Source of the DNA: Mycobacterium tuberculosis H37Rv
GTDB taxonomy: Bacteria > Actinomycetota > Actinomycetes > Mycobacteriales > Mycobacteriaceae
Length of the DNA: 32,000 nucleotides
NCBI RefSeq assembly: GCF_000195955.2
Contig: NC_000962.3
Coordinates: 1,710,001-1,742,000, forward strand
Reading direction: 5' to 3'
Shown: positions 1-10,016 of the stretch, piece after piece
How the letters are laid out: the number at the start of each line of letters is the position of its first letter
Position numbering within the stretch: position 1 is the stretch's first letter
Notes under the pieces: model-generated
Seen by the model: the letters and a program-made list of their open reading frames with translations, nothing else
The model's database searches: none
Told to the model about the DNA's origin: nothing
Program-made: the position numbers and the translations under genes

Positions 1-603
1 TTTGAGGATCCCAGTGTCGGAATGGCTTTCGCCCCCCGACGGGTGGAGAGCGACGACATCAAGTGGCAACAACGGTACGGCAGGGTCCATACCCGTTTCC
101 GCAAGCTGCGCGACCGCAACCACGGGCCGTCGCTGGTCTTGCAGATGGTATTGCACGGCGCGAAGGAAAATTGGATCGGCGAACCGACCGCCGTGATGTT
201 TCGGCGGCAATTGGCGCTGGACGCCGGTGGTTTTCGCACCGATATCTACCAGCTCGTCGATGTGGACTTCTGGCTTCGGTTGATGCTGAGGTCGGCGGTC
301 TGCTTCGTTCCGCACGAGCTCTCGGTGCGCCGTCACACGGCGGCGACGGAGACCACACGGGTGATGGCGACTCGGCGCAACGTGCTGGACCGACAGCGCA
401 TTCTCACCTGGTTGATCGTGGACCCGTTGTCGCCCAACAGCGTTCGCAGCGCCGCGGCGCTGTGGTGGATACCCGCATGGCTGGCCATGATCGTGGAGGT
501 GGCCGTGCTCGGACCGCAGCGGCGGACGCACTTGAAGGCTTTGGCGCCGGCCCCATTCCGCGAGTTCGCCCACGCCCGGCGTCAACTGCCGATGGCTGAC
601 TAG
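1..603 (+). CDS. Family 2-like glycosyltransferase, C-terminal part (Rv1518-like); open through the left window edge
   Basis: Frame is open from base 1. Protein contains [13 protein letters not shown]...[12 protein letters not shown], typical of the GT2 C-terminal half, followed by a hydrophobic segment. Confidence 0.85.
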
Positions 604-683
604 CAGTCGCACTCTGCCTGGCCGTCGTCGGAGCCACAGACAATTCCAACCCATTTGGCCTGGCGGCCAAGATGACATTTTTA

Positions 684-702
684 CAAGGTAAGGCTAGCCT
701 TA
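684..702. promoter_or_regulatory. IdeR (iron box) operator candidate upstream of the Rv1519-like gene
   Basis: CAAGGTAAGGCTAGCCTTA matches TWAGGTWAGSCTWACCTWA at 17 of 19 positions. The core TAAGGCTAGCCTTA is a perfect 14-bp palindrome. It lies 30 bp upstream of the start at 733. Confidence 0.8.
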
Positions 703-732
703 AGCGTCCGCGTATCCAGGACCTCGGGTCTG

Positions 733-1002
733 TTGCGTTGTGGTTGCCTCGCATGCGACGGAGTGCTCTGCGCCAACGGCCCAGGTCGTCCGAGAAGGCC
801 AGCCTTGACCTGTACAGCTGTGGCGACCCGAACGTTGCACAGCTTGGCGACGAATGCCGAGTTGGTCGAGTCGGCCGATCTGACCGTCACCGAGGATATT
901 TGCTCGCGAATCGTGTCGCTGCCAGTTCACGACCACATGGCCATTGCCGACGTTGCGCGGGTCGTTGCGCCGTTCGGGGAAGGGTTAGCGCGCGGTGGTT
1001 GA
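733..1002 (+). CDS. Small hypothetical protein, 89 aa (Rv1519-like)
   Basis: ORF MRCGCLACDGVLCANGP... sits downstream of the iron box between two same-strand glycosyltransferase genes. Confidence 0.7.
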   Translation: MRCGCLACDGVLCANGPGRPRRPALTCTAVATRTLHSLATNAELVESADLTVTEDICSRIVSLPVHDHMAIADVARVVAPFGEGLARGG

Positions 1003-2068
1003 CCCGACAGCGACGGATTCGCCCAAGGTGAGTATCGTCTCGATCTCCTACAACCAAGAGGAGTACATTCGCGAGGCCCTGGACGGCTTCGCCGCCCAGA
1101 GGACCGAGTTCCCCGTCGAGGTGATCATCGCTGACGATGCCTCCACGGACGCCACCCCGAGGATCATAGGAGAGTACGCCGCCCGCTATCCGCAGCTGTT
1201 TCGGCCGATCCTGCGGCAGACCAACATCGGTGTCCACGCCAATTTCAAGGATGTGCTGTCCGCCGCTCGTGGCGAGTACCTCGCACTGTGCGAAGGCGAC
1301 GATTACTGGACCGATCCGCTGAAGCTGTCCAAGCAGGTAAAGTACCTGGACCGGCATCCGGAGACGACGGTGTGTTTTCATCCTGTGCGAGTGATCTATG
1401 AGGATGGCGCAAAAGACTCCGAGTTCCCGCCGCTCAGCTGGCGCCGCGACCTGAGCGTCGATGCCCTGCTCGCGCGGAACTTCATCCAAACCAACTCGGT
1501 CGTGTACCGCCGTCAGCCGAGCTACGACGACATCCCGGCCAACGTCATGCCGATAGATTGGTACTTGCATGTGCGGCATGCGGTGGGCGGCGAGATCGCC
1601 ATGTTGCCCGAGACGATGGCGGTCTACCGTCGCCACGCTCACGGTATTTGGCATTCCGCGTACACTGACCGCCGAAAGTTTTGGGAGACACGAGGCCATG
1701 GGATGGCCGCGACGCTCGAGGCGATGCTCGACCTAGTTCACGGCCACCGCGAGCGCGAGGCGATCGTCGGTGAGGTGTCCGCCTGGGTGCTTCGCGAGAT
1801 CGGAAAGACACCCGGCCGACAGGGTCGCGCCCTGCTTCTGAAGTCCATCGCGGACCATCCGCGGATGACGATGCTGTCGCTACAACACCGGTGGGCGCAA
1901 ACGCCCTGGCGGCGGTTCAAGCGCCGGCTGTCCACCGAGTTATCGAGCTTGGCGGCGCTTGCGTACGCCACCCGACGGCGCGCACTCGAAGGTCGGGACG
2001 GCGGTTATCGCGAAACCACTTCTCCGCCGACCGGTAGGGGACGTAACGTCCGCGGATCACATGCCTAG
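995..2068 (+). CDS. Family 2 glycosyltransferase (Rv1520-like); alternative GTG start at 1028
   Basis: N-terminal VSIVSISYNQEEYIREALDG, then EVIIADDASTDAT and CEGDDYWTDPLKL, are GT-A fold / GT2 motifs. Confidence 0.9.
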   Translation: MVDPTATDSPKVSIVSISYNQEEYIREALDGFAAQRTEFPVEVIIADDASTDATPRIIGEYAARYPQLFRPILRQTNIGVHANFKDVLSAARGEYLALCEGDDYWTDPLKLSKQVKYLDRHPETTVCFHPVRVIYEDGAKDSEFPPLSWRRDLSVDALLARNFIQTNSVVYRRQPSYDDIPANVMPIDWYLHVRHAVGGEIAMLPETMAVYRRHAHGIWHSAYTDRRKFWETRGHGMAATLEAMLDLVHGHREREAIVGEVSAWVLREIGKTPGRQGRALLLKSIADHPRMTMLSLQHRWAQTPWRRFKRRLSTELSSLAALAYATRRRALEGRDGGYRETTSPPTGRGRNVRGSHA

Positions 2069-2301
2069 ATCTTGATAGATCGCCCGTCTGGCCTCTATGG
2101 ATGGAGCATGCGGGATCGGACCGGTTGCCGCCGACTCGACGACCGAAAGAGCCATCAAATAGCCTTGCGGCCCATCTTTGAGATCTGTCAACCCGCCGGT
2201 CCTGATGTCCTCCAGGCTCTGGTCGGGATGAGCTAGTGCGGTTCCCGAACTCGGCATCTTCGTCAGTCCTGGAGAGAAACAACACCAGCGAAGGTAGTGT
2301 G

Positions 2302-4053
2302 ATGTCCGTGGTCGAATCCTCTCTTCCTGGTGTGCTGCGTGAACGCGCCAGTTTTCAGCCCAACGACAAAGCGCTCACCTTTATCGATTACGAGCGGTCC
2401 TGGGATGGTGTTGAAGAAACTCTGACGTGGTCGCAGTTATATCGGCGAACGCTTAACCTCGCCGCACAGCTAAGAGAACATGGGTCGACCGGCGATCGGG
2501 CATTAATTCTGGCGCCACAAAGCCTCGACTATGTCGTTAGCTTTATTGCCTCGCTGCAGGCCGGAATTGTCGCGGTTCCGCTTTCGATTCCCCAGGGTGG
2601 TGCCCACGACGAGCGCACCGTTTCCGTGTTCGCCGATACCGCACCGGCGATCGTTCTCACGGCGTCCTCGGTCGTCGACAATGTCGTCGAATACGTCCAG
2701 CCGCAGCCCGGCCAAAACGCACCGGCGGTGATCGAAGTCGATCGGCTGGATCTTGATGCTCGGCCGAGCTCCGGTTCTCGTTCTGCCGCTCACGGCCATC
2801 CGGATATCTTGTACTTGCAGTACACCTCGGGTTCCACGCGCACGCCGGCCGGTGTCATGGTCTCGAATAAGAATCTTTTCGCCAATTTCGAACAAATTAT
2901 GACCAGTTACTACGGCGTCTATGGCAAGGTCGCCCCGCCAGGCTCCACCGTGGTGTCGTGGTTGCCGTTCTATCACGACATGGGTTTCGTCTTGGGACTG
3001 ATATTGCCGATTCTGGCTGGCATCCCCGCCGTGCTGACCAGCCCGATCGGTTTCCTGCAGCGCCCGGCTCGCTGGATACAGATGTTGGCAAGCAACACTC
3101 TTGCGTTTACCGCCGCGCCGAACTTCGCATTCGATCTGGCGTCTCGTAAGACCAAAGACGAGGACATGGAGGGCCTCGATCTCGGTGGCGTACACGGCAT
3201 CCTCAACGGCAGCGAACGGGTGCAGCCGGTGACGCTGAAGCGCTTCATCGACCGGTTCGCCCCGTTCAATCTTGACCCCAAGGCGATACGTCCGTCGTAC
3301 GGAATGGCAGAGGCCACGGTATATGTGGCCACCCGCAAGGCGGGTCAACCGCCAAAGATAGTGCAATTCGATCCCCAGAAGCTGCCGGACGGCCAAGCTG
3401 AGCGGACCGAAAGCGACGGCGGCACACCGCTGGTCAGCTACGGCATCGTCGACACCCAGCTGGTGCGCATCGTCGACCCGGACACCGGCATCGAGCGCCC
3501 CGCGGGAACGATCGGTGAGATTTGGGTGCACGGCGACAACGTCGCCATCGGCTATTGGCAGAAACCCGAGGCGACCGAACGCACCTTTAGCGCAACGATC
3601 GTCAATCCCTCCGAAGGCACACCCGCAGGACCATGGCTGCGGACGGGAGATTCGGGTTTCCTCTCCGAGGGTGAGCTGTTCATCATGGGGCGCATCAAGG
3701 ACCTCTTGATCGTGTACGGGCGCAACCACTCTCCCGACGATATCGAGGCGACGATTCAGACGATCAGTCCGGGCCGCTGTGCGGCGATCGCTGTTTCCGA
3801 GCATGGTGCTGAGAAGCTGGTTGCCATTATTGAACTCAAGAAGAAGGACGAGTCCGACGACGAGGCGGCGGAACGACTGGGTTTCGTGAAACGCGAAGTG
3901 ACCTCGGCAATCTCGAAGTCGCACGGGTTGAGCGTGGCGGATCTTGTGCTCGTCTCCCCGGGCTCAATCCCAATCACCACCAGCGGCAAGATCCGGCGAG
4001 CACAGTGTGTGGAGCTGTACCGTCAGGACGAGTTCACTCGCCTGGACGCATAG
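2302..4053 (+). CDS. fadD25: Fatty-acyl-AMP ligase (FAAL family)
   Basis: [21 protein letters not shown] (AMP-binding P-loop), [11 protein letters not shown]-like region, [32 protein letters not shown]. Paralogous to the CDS at 19502-21256. Confidence 0.93.
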   Translation: MSVVESSLPGVLRERASFQPNDKALTFIDYERSWDGVEETLTWSQLYRRTLNLAAQLREHGSTGDRALILAPQSLDYVVSFIASLQAGIVAVPLSIPQGGAHDERTVSVFADTAPAIVLTASSVVDNVVEYVQPQPGQNAPAVIEVDRLDLDARPSSGSRSAAHGHPDILYLQYTSGSTRTPAGVMVSNKNLFANFEQIMTSYYGVYGKVAPPGSTVVSWLPFYHDMGFVLGLILPILAGIPAVLTSPIGFLQRPARWIQMLASNTLAFTAAPNFAFDLASRKTKDEDMEGLDLGGVHGILNGSERVQPVTLKRFIDRFAPFNLDPKAIRPSYGMAEATVYVATRKAGQPPKIVQFDPQKLPDGQAERTESDGGTPLVSYGIVDTQLVRIVDPDTGIERPAGTIGEIWVHGDNVAIGYWQKPEATERTFSATIVNPSEGTPAGPWLRTGDSGFLSEGELFIMGRIKDLLIVYGRNHSPDDIEATIQTISPGRCAAIAVSEHGAEKLVAIIELKKKDESDDEAAERLGFVKREVTSAISKSHGLSVADLVLVSPGSIPITTSGKIRRAQCVELYRQDEFTRLDA

Positions 4054-4171
4054 CACCCACAGGCGAGGCTCCCGCAATGGGGCGCAATGGGGATCGTCAC
4101 ACCAGTAGCACCAGCCCCTGGAGGGGCAACAGGGGAAAACTGAGTTGAGCGCCAACCGTGCGCACTGAGGC

Positions 4172-7100
4172 TCAGGTGCTCAGCTTCGCGTCGGGCTTTG
4201 ACCCCGCGTGACCGACTGCGGGTTCGCCGATAGACGTGTCATCCCAACGGTCGTAGCTCGGTAGGCCGGCAAGACCGAACAGCGGCAGCGAGTGGCCGAG
4301 TAGATGGTCGACGGGTTCTTTACCGATGTGGGCGCCGTCGCCGTTGGGTTTCGACACGCCATCCACGACATCGTAGGCCGGCATGGCGGCATAGCCGAAC
4401 AGCGGAAGCGAATGTCTGCGCAGGTGGTCGATCAGGTACTCCCCGTTGCCTTCGGCTAGGTCAGCGGGCTTGCCGTTGGGAACCGACTTGGTTGCCGCCT
4501 TGCTTGCGTGCCCGTTGGTGTTGCGGACGACCTTGGTGTGGGGCGGCTTGGGCGCCGGGATCGGGGCCTTGCGTCGGTGGCCTTTCACCCGCCGCAGCCA
4601 CCGATCGGCTTTGGTCGGCGGCGTGGATGGGTCGCGTCCCAGCTCGGACGGCCACCAGTTTGCCCGGCCAATCATCGTGGTCAAGGCCGGCACCGTGACC
4701 GTGCGGACCAGGAAGGTGTCCAGCACGATCCCGATGCCGATGGTGAAACCGGCCTGAGCCATCGTGTTGATGCTCGCGCCCACCAGACCGAACATCGACG
4801 CGGCGAAGATGAGACCCGCCGAGGTGATAACACCACCGGTGGAGCCCACGGTTCGGATGACGCCGATGCGTATACCGTGTGGTGATTCGTCGCGGATGCG
4901 TGAAATGAGCAGCATGTTGTAGTCAGCGCCGATGGCAACCAATAATATGAAGGACAGTCCCGGCAGGCTCCAATGCATTTCCTGGCCCAGTATCAATTGG
5001 AAAACGAGAGTTCCTATGCCTAGGGCCGACAAGTAAGAAATCAGCACCGAGCCTATCAGATATATCGGAGCCACAAGTGCGCGCAGCAGAATGACGAGAA
5101 TCAAGAATACGATAACGATCGTCGCAATGACGATGAATTTCATATCGCTGTTGTAGTAGTCGCGGATATCCCGCAGCGCAGTCGGAACCCCCGCCAGACC
5201 TATCGTGGCATCCTCGAGTTCGGTATTCGGTCGCGCGGAATCCGCAACACGGAGGATATCGTTGACCTGATCCATCGCCTCGGTGGTGGCCGGATTCAGC
5301 GCGCTCTGCACGAAGTACCGCGCCGCATGACCATCGGCCGACAGGAAAATCTGGGCGCCCTTCTTGAACTCGTCCCTCGAAAAAATCTGCGGTGGAATGT
5401 TGAAGCCCGCCATTGACGGCTTGTCCGCATCCCGCTTGATCCCCAACAGGAAGTCGGCGGCCTCGTTGAGCCCTGAGCCCATCTTTTTGACCTGATCGAC
5501 CAATTCCTGCACGCCTGCCGCCAGCGCTGCGCTGCCGTCGGCGAGAGCGTTGGCTCCTTGCTGCATTTGAGCCAATTTGGTGGGTAGGCCGTCGACCGCT
5601 TTGAGGGTGCTGACGACTTGCTTCAGTTGCCCGTCCAGTGTGCTCACCGTCCGGGCGAGTGTCTGGTATTCCTGCGTCTGTTGCAGGGTGACGGCTAGCG
5701 CTCTGATGGACCTGAGCAGGCCGTCGTCCTGCGCCTGGACAATCGCCGCCAACTGTGCGCGCGACGTCCGACAGGCGGGATCGCTGTTACACACCGGGCT
5801 GGAGTTGAGGGCGTTGACCATAGGGCTGGCCCAAGTGGCGATTTGTTCGGCATCGGTGACGGTCCCGCTCAGATTGTCCCCCAGAGCCCGCATGCGCCCG
5901 ACATATTGGGACGCATTTTCCAGTTGTCGGATGGTCTTGTCGCCGCCCATCAGGTCCATCATGGCCTGCAGGGTGTTGACTATCCCGCTCGAGCTGGCCA
6001 CGGCCCCATTGATTTCGTTGCGTATTTGGGCGAGGGCGTCGGCCAACTGGTGCGCACCGCCGGTCAGCTGGTCCAGCTCGCCTCCGTGCTCTTCGAGCAG
6101 GGTGGTCGCTTCGTCGAGCTTGCCGCCCACTTCACCAGCCTGAAACGAGACCTTGGTCTCCTTCAGAGGTTCCCCGTTCGGTCGGGTCAAGCCCCGCACC
6201 ATCACGATGTTGGGCAATTCTGCTATCTCGCGGGACATCATCTCGATGTCGGCAAGCGCGCCGGGTGTCCGCAGGTCTCGGGGGGATTTGATGAACAGCA
6301 CCATCGGAGTCATCGCGTTCATCGGGAAATGGCGGTTCATCGCCTCGTATCCTTTGACGCTTTCGACGTGCTGCGGCACCGTCTTGAGATCGTCGTAGTT
6401 GAATCGGATCAGCAGCGTGCAGCCGGCCAGGGCGACCAGCACAATGAGACTGCCGACCAGGTGGATGGTGGACCGACGCACGATGCGAACACCCGAACGC
6501 CGCCACATTCGACTGGTCAGGTCGCGTCGCGGCTTGATCCAGCCCCGCCGTCCGGTGAGTGTCAGGATGGCGGGCAGCAGGGTGACCGCACCCAGCAGCG
6601 ACACCGTGATGGCAACCGCAATTGCCGGGCCCACCGCCGAAAACACTTCCAGTTTGGTGAACACCATCGCCAGAAATGTGACGGCGACGGTGGCCGCCGA
6701 TGCGGTGATCACCTTGCCGATGGACATCAACGCCTTCTTGACCGCCATGTCCGATTTTTCGCCGTGGCGCACATAGTCGTGATAGCGACTTATCAGAAAG
6801 ACGGCGTAATCGGTTCCCGCCCCGATCATGACCGCGCTCATAAAGACGATCGCCTGCATGTTCACGGCCAGGCCGAACTCGGCGAGCCCGGACAACGTGC
6901 CCTGCGCAGTGACCACCGACGCTCCGATGGTGGCCAGCGGCACCAGCATGGTCACCAGGTTCCGATAGACGAGGATCAGGATGATCAGCACGCTGACCGC
7001 GGTGCCGATCTCGATGATCCGCACATCTTTCTCGCCGAGCTCCGTCAGGTCGGCGACCGTGGCGATCGGACCGCTGAGGTGGACGGTCAGGCTGGTTCCC

Positions 7101-7612
7101 GCGACTGTTTGCTTGACGATCGCGGCGACGCGTTTGAACGCCGCTTGTGTCTCAGGCGACGCGGCATCGCCCGCGAACGTGATGGGCAGGTTCCAAGCCT
7201 TGTTGTCCTTGCTGGCCAACAGCTCCTTCATTTCGGGGACGGCGAGAAAATCCTGAACCGATATTTTGTCCTGCGTGTCCGCCCGCAGGTTTTCGATCAG
7301 TTTTCGGTAGACGGCCTCGTCGGCGGGTCCCAGCCCGTTCTCGTTGGTCAAGAGGACCAAAAGGAGGGCGGAGGTCTCAATTTTTTCCTGGAAAGCCGCG
7401 CTCATCTCCTTTTGCAGGACCATCGATGGGGCCCCGGGCGGCAGGGGAGCTTGCTCGCGCTTTGCGGCTTGCGCCTGCAGCGTTGGGAGCAACAGCGTCA
7501 GCGCGGCCGCCACCGCGATCCAGCACCCAATGACGATCAGCGGCCATCGCACCACGAAGTTGCCGATACGGTCGAACAGTCCCCCGGCTTTGGCCTCGTC
7601 ATGCCTTGCCAC
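4172..7612 (-). CDS. mmpL12: MmpL (RND superfamily) lipid transporter
   Basis: About 1146 aa from the GTG at 7612. Contains GNFVVRWPLIVIGCWIAVAAALTLLLPTL, MIGAGTDYAVFLISRYHDYVRHG, AIGADYNMLLISRIRDE and the duplicated RND TM arrangement. Confidence 0.93.
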   Translation of the reverse strand: MARHDEAKAGGLFDRIGNFVVRWPLIVIGCWIAVAAALTLLLPTLQAQAAKREQAPLPPGAPSMVLQKEMSAAFQEKIETSALLLVLLTNENGLGPADEAVYRKLIENLRADTQDKISVQDFLAVPEMKELLASKDNKAWNLPITFAGDAASPETQAAFKRVAAIVKQTVAGTSLTVHLSGPIATVADLTELGEKDVRIIEIGTAVSVLIILILVYRNLVTMLVPLATIGASVVTAQGTLSGLAEFGLAVNMQAIVFMSAVMIGAGTDYAVFLISRYHDYVRHGEKSDMAVKKALMSIGKVITASAATVAVTFLAMVFTKLEVFSAVGPAIAVAITVSLLGAVTLLPAILTLTGRRGWIKPRRDLTSRMWRRSGVRIVRRSTIHLVGSLIVLVALAGCTLLIRFNYDDLKTVPQHVESVKGYEAMNRHFPMNAMTPMVLFIKSPRDLRTPGALADIEMMSREIAELPNIVMVRGLTRPNGEPLKETKVSFQAGEVGGKLDEATTLLEEHGGELDQLTGGAHQLADALAQIRNEINGAVASSSGIVNTLQAMMDLMGGDKTIRQLENASQYVGRMRALGDNLSGTVTDAEQIATWASPMVNALNSSPVCNSDPACRTSRAQLAAIVQAQDDGLLRSIRALAVTLQQTQEYQTLARTVSTLDGQLKQVVSTLKAVDGLPTKLAQMQQGANALADGSAALAAGVQELVDQVKKMGSGLNEAADFLLGIKRDADKPSMAGFNIPPQIFSRDEFKKGAQIFLSADGHAARYFVQSALNPATTEAMDQVNDILRVADSARPNTELEDATIGLAGVPTALRDIRDYYNSDMKFIVIATIVIVFLILVILLRALVAPIYLIGSVLISYLSALGIGTLVFQLILGQEMHWSLPGLSFILLVAIGADYNMLLISRIRDESPHGIRIGVIRTVGSTGGVITSAGLIFAASMFGLVGASINTMAQAGFTIGIGIVLDTFLVRTVTVPALTTMIGRANWWPSELGRDPSTPPTKADRWLRRVKGHRRKAPIPAPKPPHTKVVRNTNGHASKAATKSVPNGKPADLAEGNGEYLIDHLRRHSLPLFGYAAMPAYDVVDGVSKPNGDGAHIGKEPVDHLLGHSLPLFGLAGLPSYDRWDDTSIGEPAVGHAGSKPDAKLST
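4238..4437 (-). repeat. Degenerate two-copy repeat encoding the MmpL12 C-terminal tail motif
   Basis: Copies at about 4361-4437 (LIDHLRRHSLPLFGYAAMPAYDVVD) and about 4238-4313 (PVDHLLGHSLPLFGLAGLPSYDRWD). Confidence 0.75.
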
Positions 7613-7652
7613 CCGATAACCGTACAAGCCTGGCAATCGGTGGCGTGGGGAA

Positions 7653-8696
7653 ATGACGATAACCGCATTAACCGTGACGTTGCCGTTACTTTGGCGGCGT
7701 TTGACCACTGCGGGCGTCAAATACGCAGATCAGGGGCATTTCGTGGGATCGGCTGGCGTGCCCGCAGCCGACGCTGGCGGGCGGGATGCGGCGTCCGAAC
7801 AGATAGCTCGCTGGACTCAAACTTGCACGGTCGTGCTGGTTTGCGGTCACGGTCCGGCAAAGTGGGCATTTCGGTCCTGGTGCACCTCGCGGTCGTGCGA
7901 CACTCTCCCCGTGGCTCTTAGGTATCGCCTGCAGTCCAATCCGTTGGTCGGCAAGCTCACGACCAAGTACTTCTTGCCGCTTGGCACTCGCCAGGTCGGC
8001 GATCACGTGGTGTTTTTCAACTTCGGCTACGAGGAGGATCCGCCGATGGCGTTGCCGCTGTCGGAGTCCGACGAGCCCAATCGGTATTGCATCCAGCTCT
8101 ACCACCAGACGGCCAGTCAGGTGGACCTCACCGGCAAGGAGGTGCTAGAGGTCAGTTGTGGCGCCGGTGGCGGGGCCTCCTACATCGCCCGCAACCTAGG
8201 TCCGGCCTCCTACACGGGGCTGGACTTGAATCCGGCCAGCATCGACCTCTGCCGGGCAAAGCACCGGCTGCCCGGCCTGCAGTTCGTGCAGGGCGACGCG
8301 CAGAACCTGCCTTTCCCCGACGAATCCTTCGATGCGGTGGTCAATGTCGAAGCCTCGCACCAGTACCCCGACTTTCGCGGCTTCTTGGCCGAAGTGGCGC
8401 GCGTGCTTCGCCCGGGCGGACACTTCCTCTACACCGATTCCCGTCGAAATCCCGTCGTCGCCGAATGGGAGGCGGCGTTGGCCGATGCTCCGCTGCGCAC
8501 GATTTCGCAGCGGGACATCGGCGCGCAGGCCAAGCGTGGGTTGGATGCGAACACGGCGCGTTCGCAAGAGGCCATCGGCCGCCGCGCACCCGTATTGCTG
8601 GCCGGCTTGACCCGCTGTGCGGTGCGTGTGCTGGACTGGGATCTACGTCGCGGCGGCGGGTTCAGCTATCGGATCTACTTGTTCGCCAAGGATTGA
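7653..8696 (+). CDS. SAM-dependent methyltransferase (Rv1523-like), related to mycobacterial glycolipid O-methyltransferases; true start may be the GTG at 7911
   Basis: [20 protein letters not shown] (SAM motif I), [44 protein letters not shown]. Confidence 0.88.
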   Translation: MTITALTVTLPLLWRRLTTAGVKYADQGHFVGSAGVPAADAGGRDAASEQIARWTQTCTVVLVCGHGPAKWAFRSWCTSRSCDTLPVALRYRLQSNPLVGKLTTKYFLPLGTRQVGDHVVFFNFGYEEDPPMALPLSESDEPNRYCIQLYHQTASQVDLTGKEVLEVSCGAGGGASYIARNLGPASYTGLDLNPASIDLCRAKHRLPGLQFVQGDAQNLPFPDESFDAVVNVEASHQYPDFRGFLAEVARVLRPGGHFLYTDSRRNPVVAEWEAALADAPLRTISQRDIGAQAKRGLDANTARSQEAIGRRAPVLLAGLTRCAVRVLDWDLRRGGGFSYRIYLFAKD

Positions 8697-8725
8697 TTCG
8701 GCGAGACCACACCCATGAAAAACTC

Positions 8726-9970
8726 ATGAAATTTGTCGTGGCCAGCTATGGGACTCGCGGCGACATCGAGCCCTGCGCAGCGGTCGGCCTGGAGCTGCAG
8801 CGGCGCGGCCATGATGTGTGCCTTGCCGTGCCGCCCAACCTGATTGGTTTCGTGGAAACGGCCGGGCTGTCTGCTGTCGCATACGGAAGCAGGGACTCTC
8901 AGGAGCAGCTCGACGAGCAGTTCCTGCACAACGCGTGGAAACTTCAGAACCCCATCAAGCTGCTGCGTGAAGCGATGGCGCCCGTCACCGAGGGCTGGGC
9001 GGAGCTGAGCGCGATGTTGACGCCGGTGGCCGCCGGGGCCGACCTGCTGTTGACCGGTCAGATCTACCAGGAGGTGGTCGCCAACGTCGCCGAGCACCAC
9101 GGCATTCCGTTGGCCGCGCTGCATTTTTATCCGGTGCGAGCCAATGGCGAGATCGCCTTTCCCGCGCGGCTGCCGGCGCCACTGGTCCGCTCCACCATCA
9201 CGGCCATCGACTGGCTGTATTGGCGCATGACGAAAGGTGTTGAGGACGCGCAGCGGCGTGAACTGGGCCTGCCGAAGGCGTCAACTCCCGCGCCGCGGCG
9301 AATGGCCGTACGCGGGTCGCTGGAGATCCAAGCCTACGACGCGCTTTGCTTCCCGGGGCTGGCAGCGGAATGGGGCGGCCGACGCCCGTTCGTCGGCGCG
9401 TTGACGATGGAATCGGCGACCGACGCGGACGACGAGGTCGCTTCATGGATCGCTGCCGATACACCGCCGATTTATTTCGGCTTTGGCAGCATGCCGATCG
9501 GATCCCTGGCCGACCGGGTCGCCATGATCAGTGCGGCCTGCGCGGAGTTGGGCGAGCGCGCGTTGATTTGCTCGGGACCCAGCGATGCGACCGGAATCCC
9601 GCAGTTCGATCACGTGAAGGTGGTGCGTGTGGTCAGCCACGCGGCGGTCTTTCCCACCTGCCGTGCGGTCGTCCACCATGGCGGCGCGGGCACCACCGCC
9701 GCCGGTCTTCGAGCCGGTATCCCCACCTTGATTCTGTGGGTCACCTCCGACCAGCCGATCTGGGCTGCTCAGATCAAACAGCTGAAAGTAGGCCGGGGGA
9801 GACGCTTTTCAAGCGCCACCAAAGAATCGCTGATTGCCGACCTTCGAACGATACTTGCGCCGGACTATGTCACCCGAGCGCGGGAGATCGCGTCTCGGAT
9901 GACCAAACCCGCCGCCAGCGTCACGGCCACCGCCGATCTGCTCGAAGATGCAGCCCGCCGTGCGCGCTAA
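8726..9970 (+). CDS. GT1-family (UDP/dTDP-sugar) glycosyltransferase (Rv1524-like)
   Basis: MKFVVASYGTRGDIEPCAAVGLELQRRGHDV and the C-terminal donor-site motif [33 protein letters not shown]. Confidence 0.92.
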   Translation: MKFVVASYGTRGDIEPCAAVGLELQRRGHDVCLAVPPNLIGFVETAGLSAVAYGSRDSQEQLDEQFLHNAWKLQNPIKLLREAMAPVTEGWAELSAMLTPVAAGADLLLTGQIYQEVVANVAEHHGIPLAALHFYPVRANGEIAFPARLPAPLVRSTITAIDWLYWRMTKGVEDAQRRELGLPKASTPAPRRMAVRGSLEIQAYDALCFPGLAAEWGGRRPFVGALTMESATDADDEVASWIAADTPPIYFGFGSMPIGSLADRVAMISAACAELGERALICSGPSDATGIPQFDHVKVVRVVSHAAVFPTCRAVVHHGGAGTTAAGLRAGIPTLILWVTSDQPIWAAQIKQLKVGRGRRFSSATKESLIADLRTILAPDYVTRAREIASRMTKPAASVTATADLLEDAARRAR

Positions 9971-10016
9971 GCGAGGGTGGCGCTTCGGCGAATGGCCTTC
10001 GGCGCGAGGATGATCG

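Noticed and set aside
2057-2257. 66-aa - strand ORF between Rv1520-like and fadD25
   Set aside because: Composition is less odd than other shadow ORFs, but third-position GC by eye is only about 60%, with no SD and no motif.
4114-4127. GCCCC-TGGA-GGGGC hairpin between fadD25 and mmpL12
   Set aside because: Only 5-bp stem with no U-tract; chance occurrence is likely in high-GC DNA, so I do not call a terminator.
5843-7921. 692-aa + strand ORF antisense to mmpL12
   Set aside because: Same shadow-ORF pattern; the opposite strand encodes unambiguous RND transmembrane segments.
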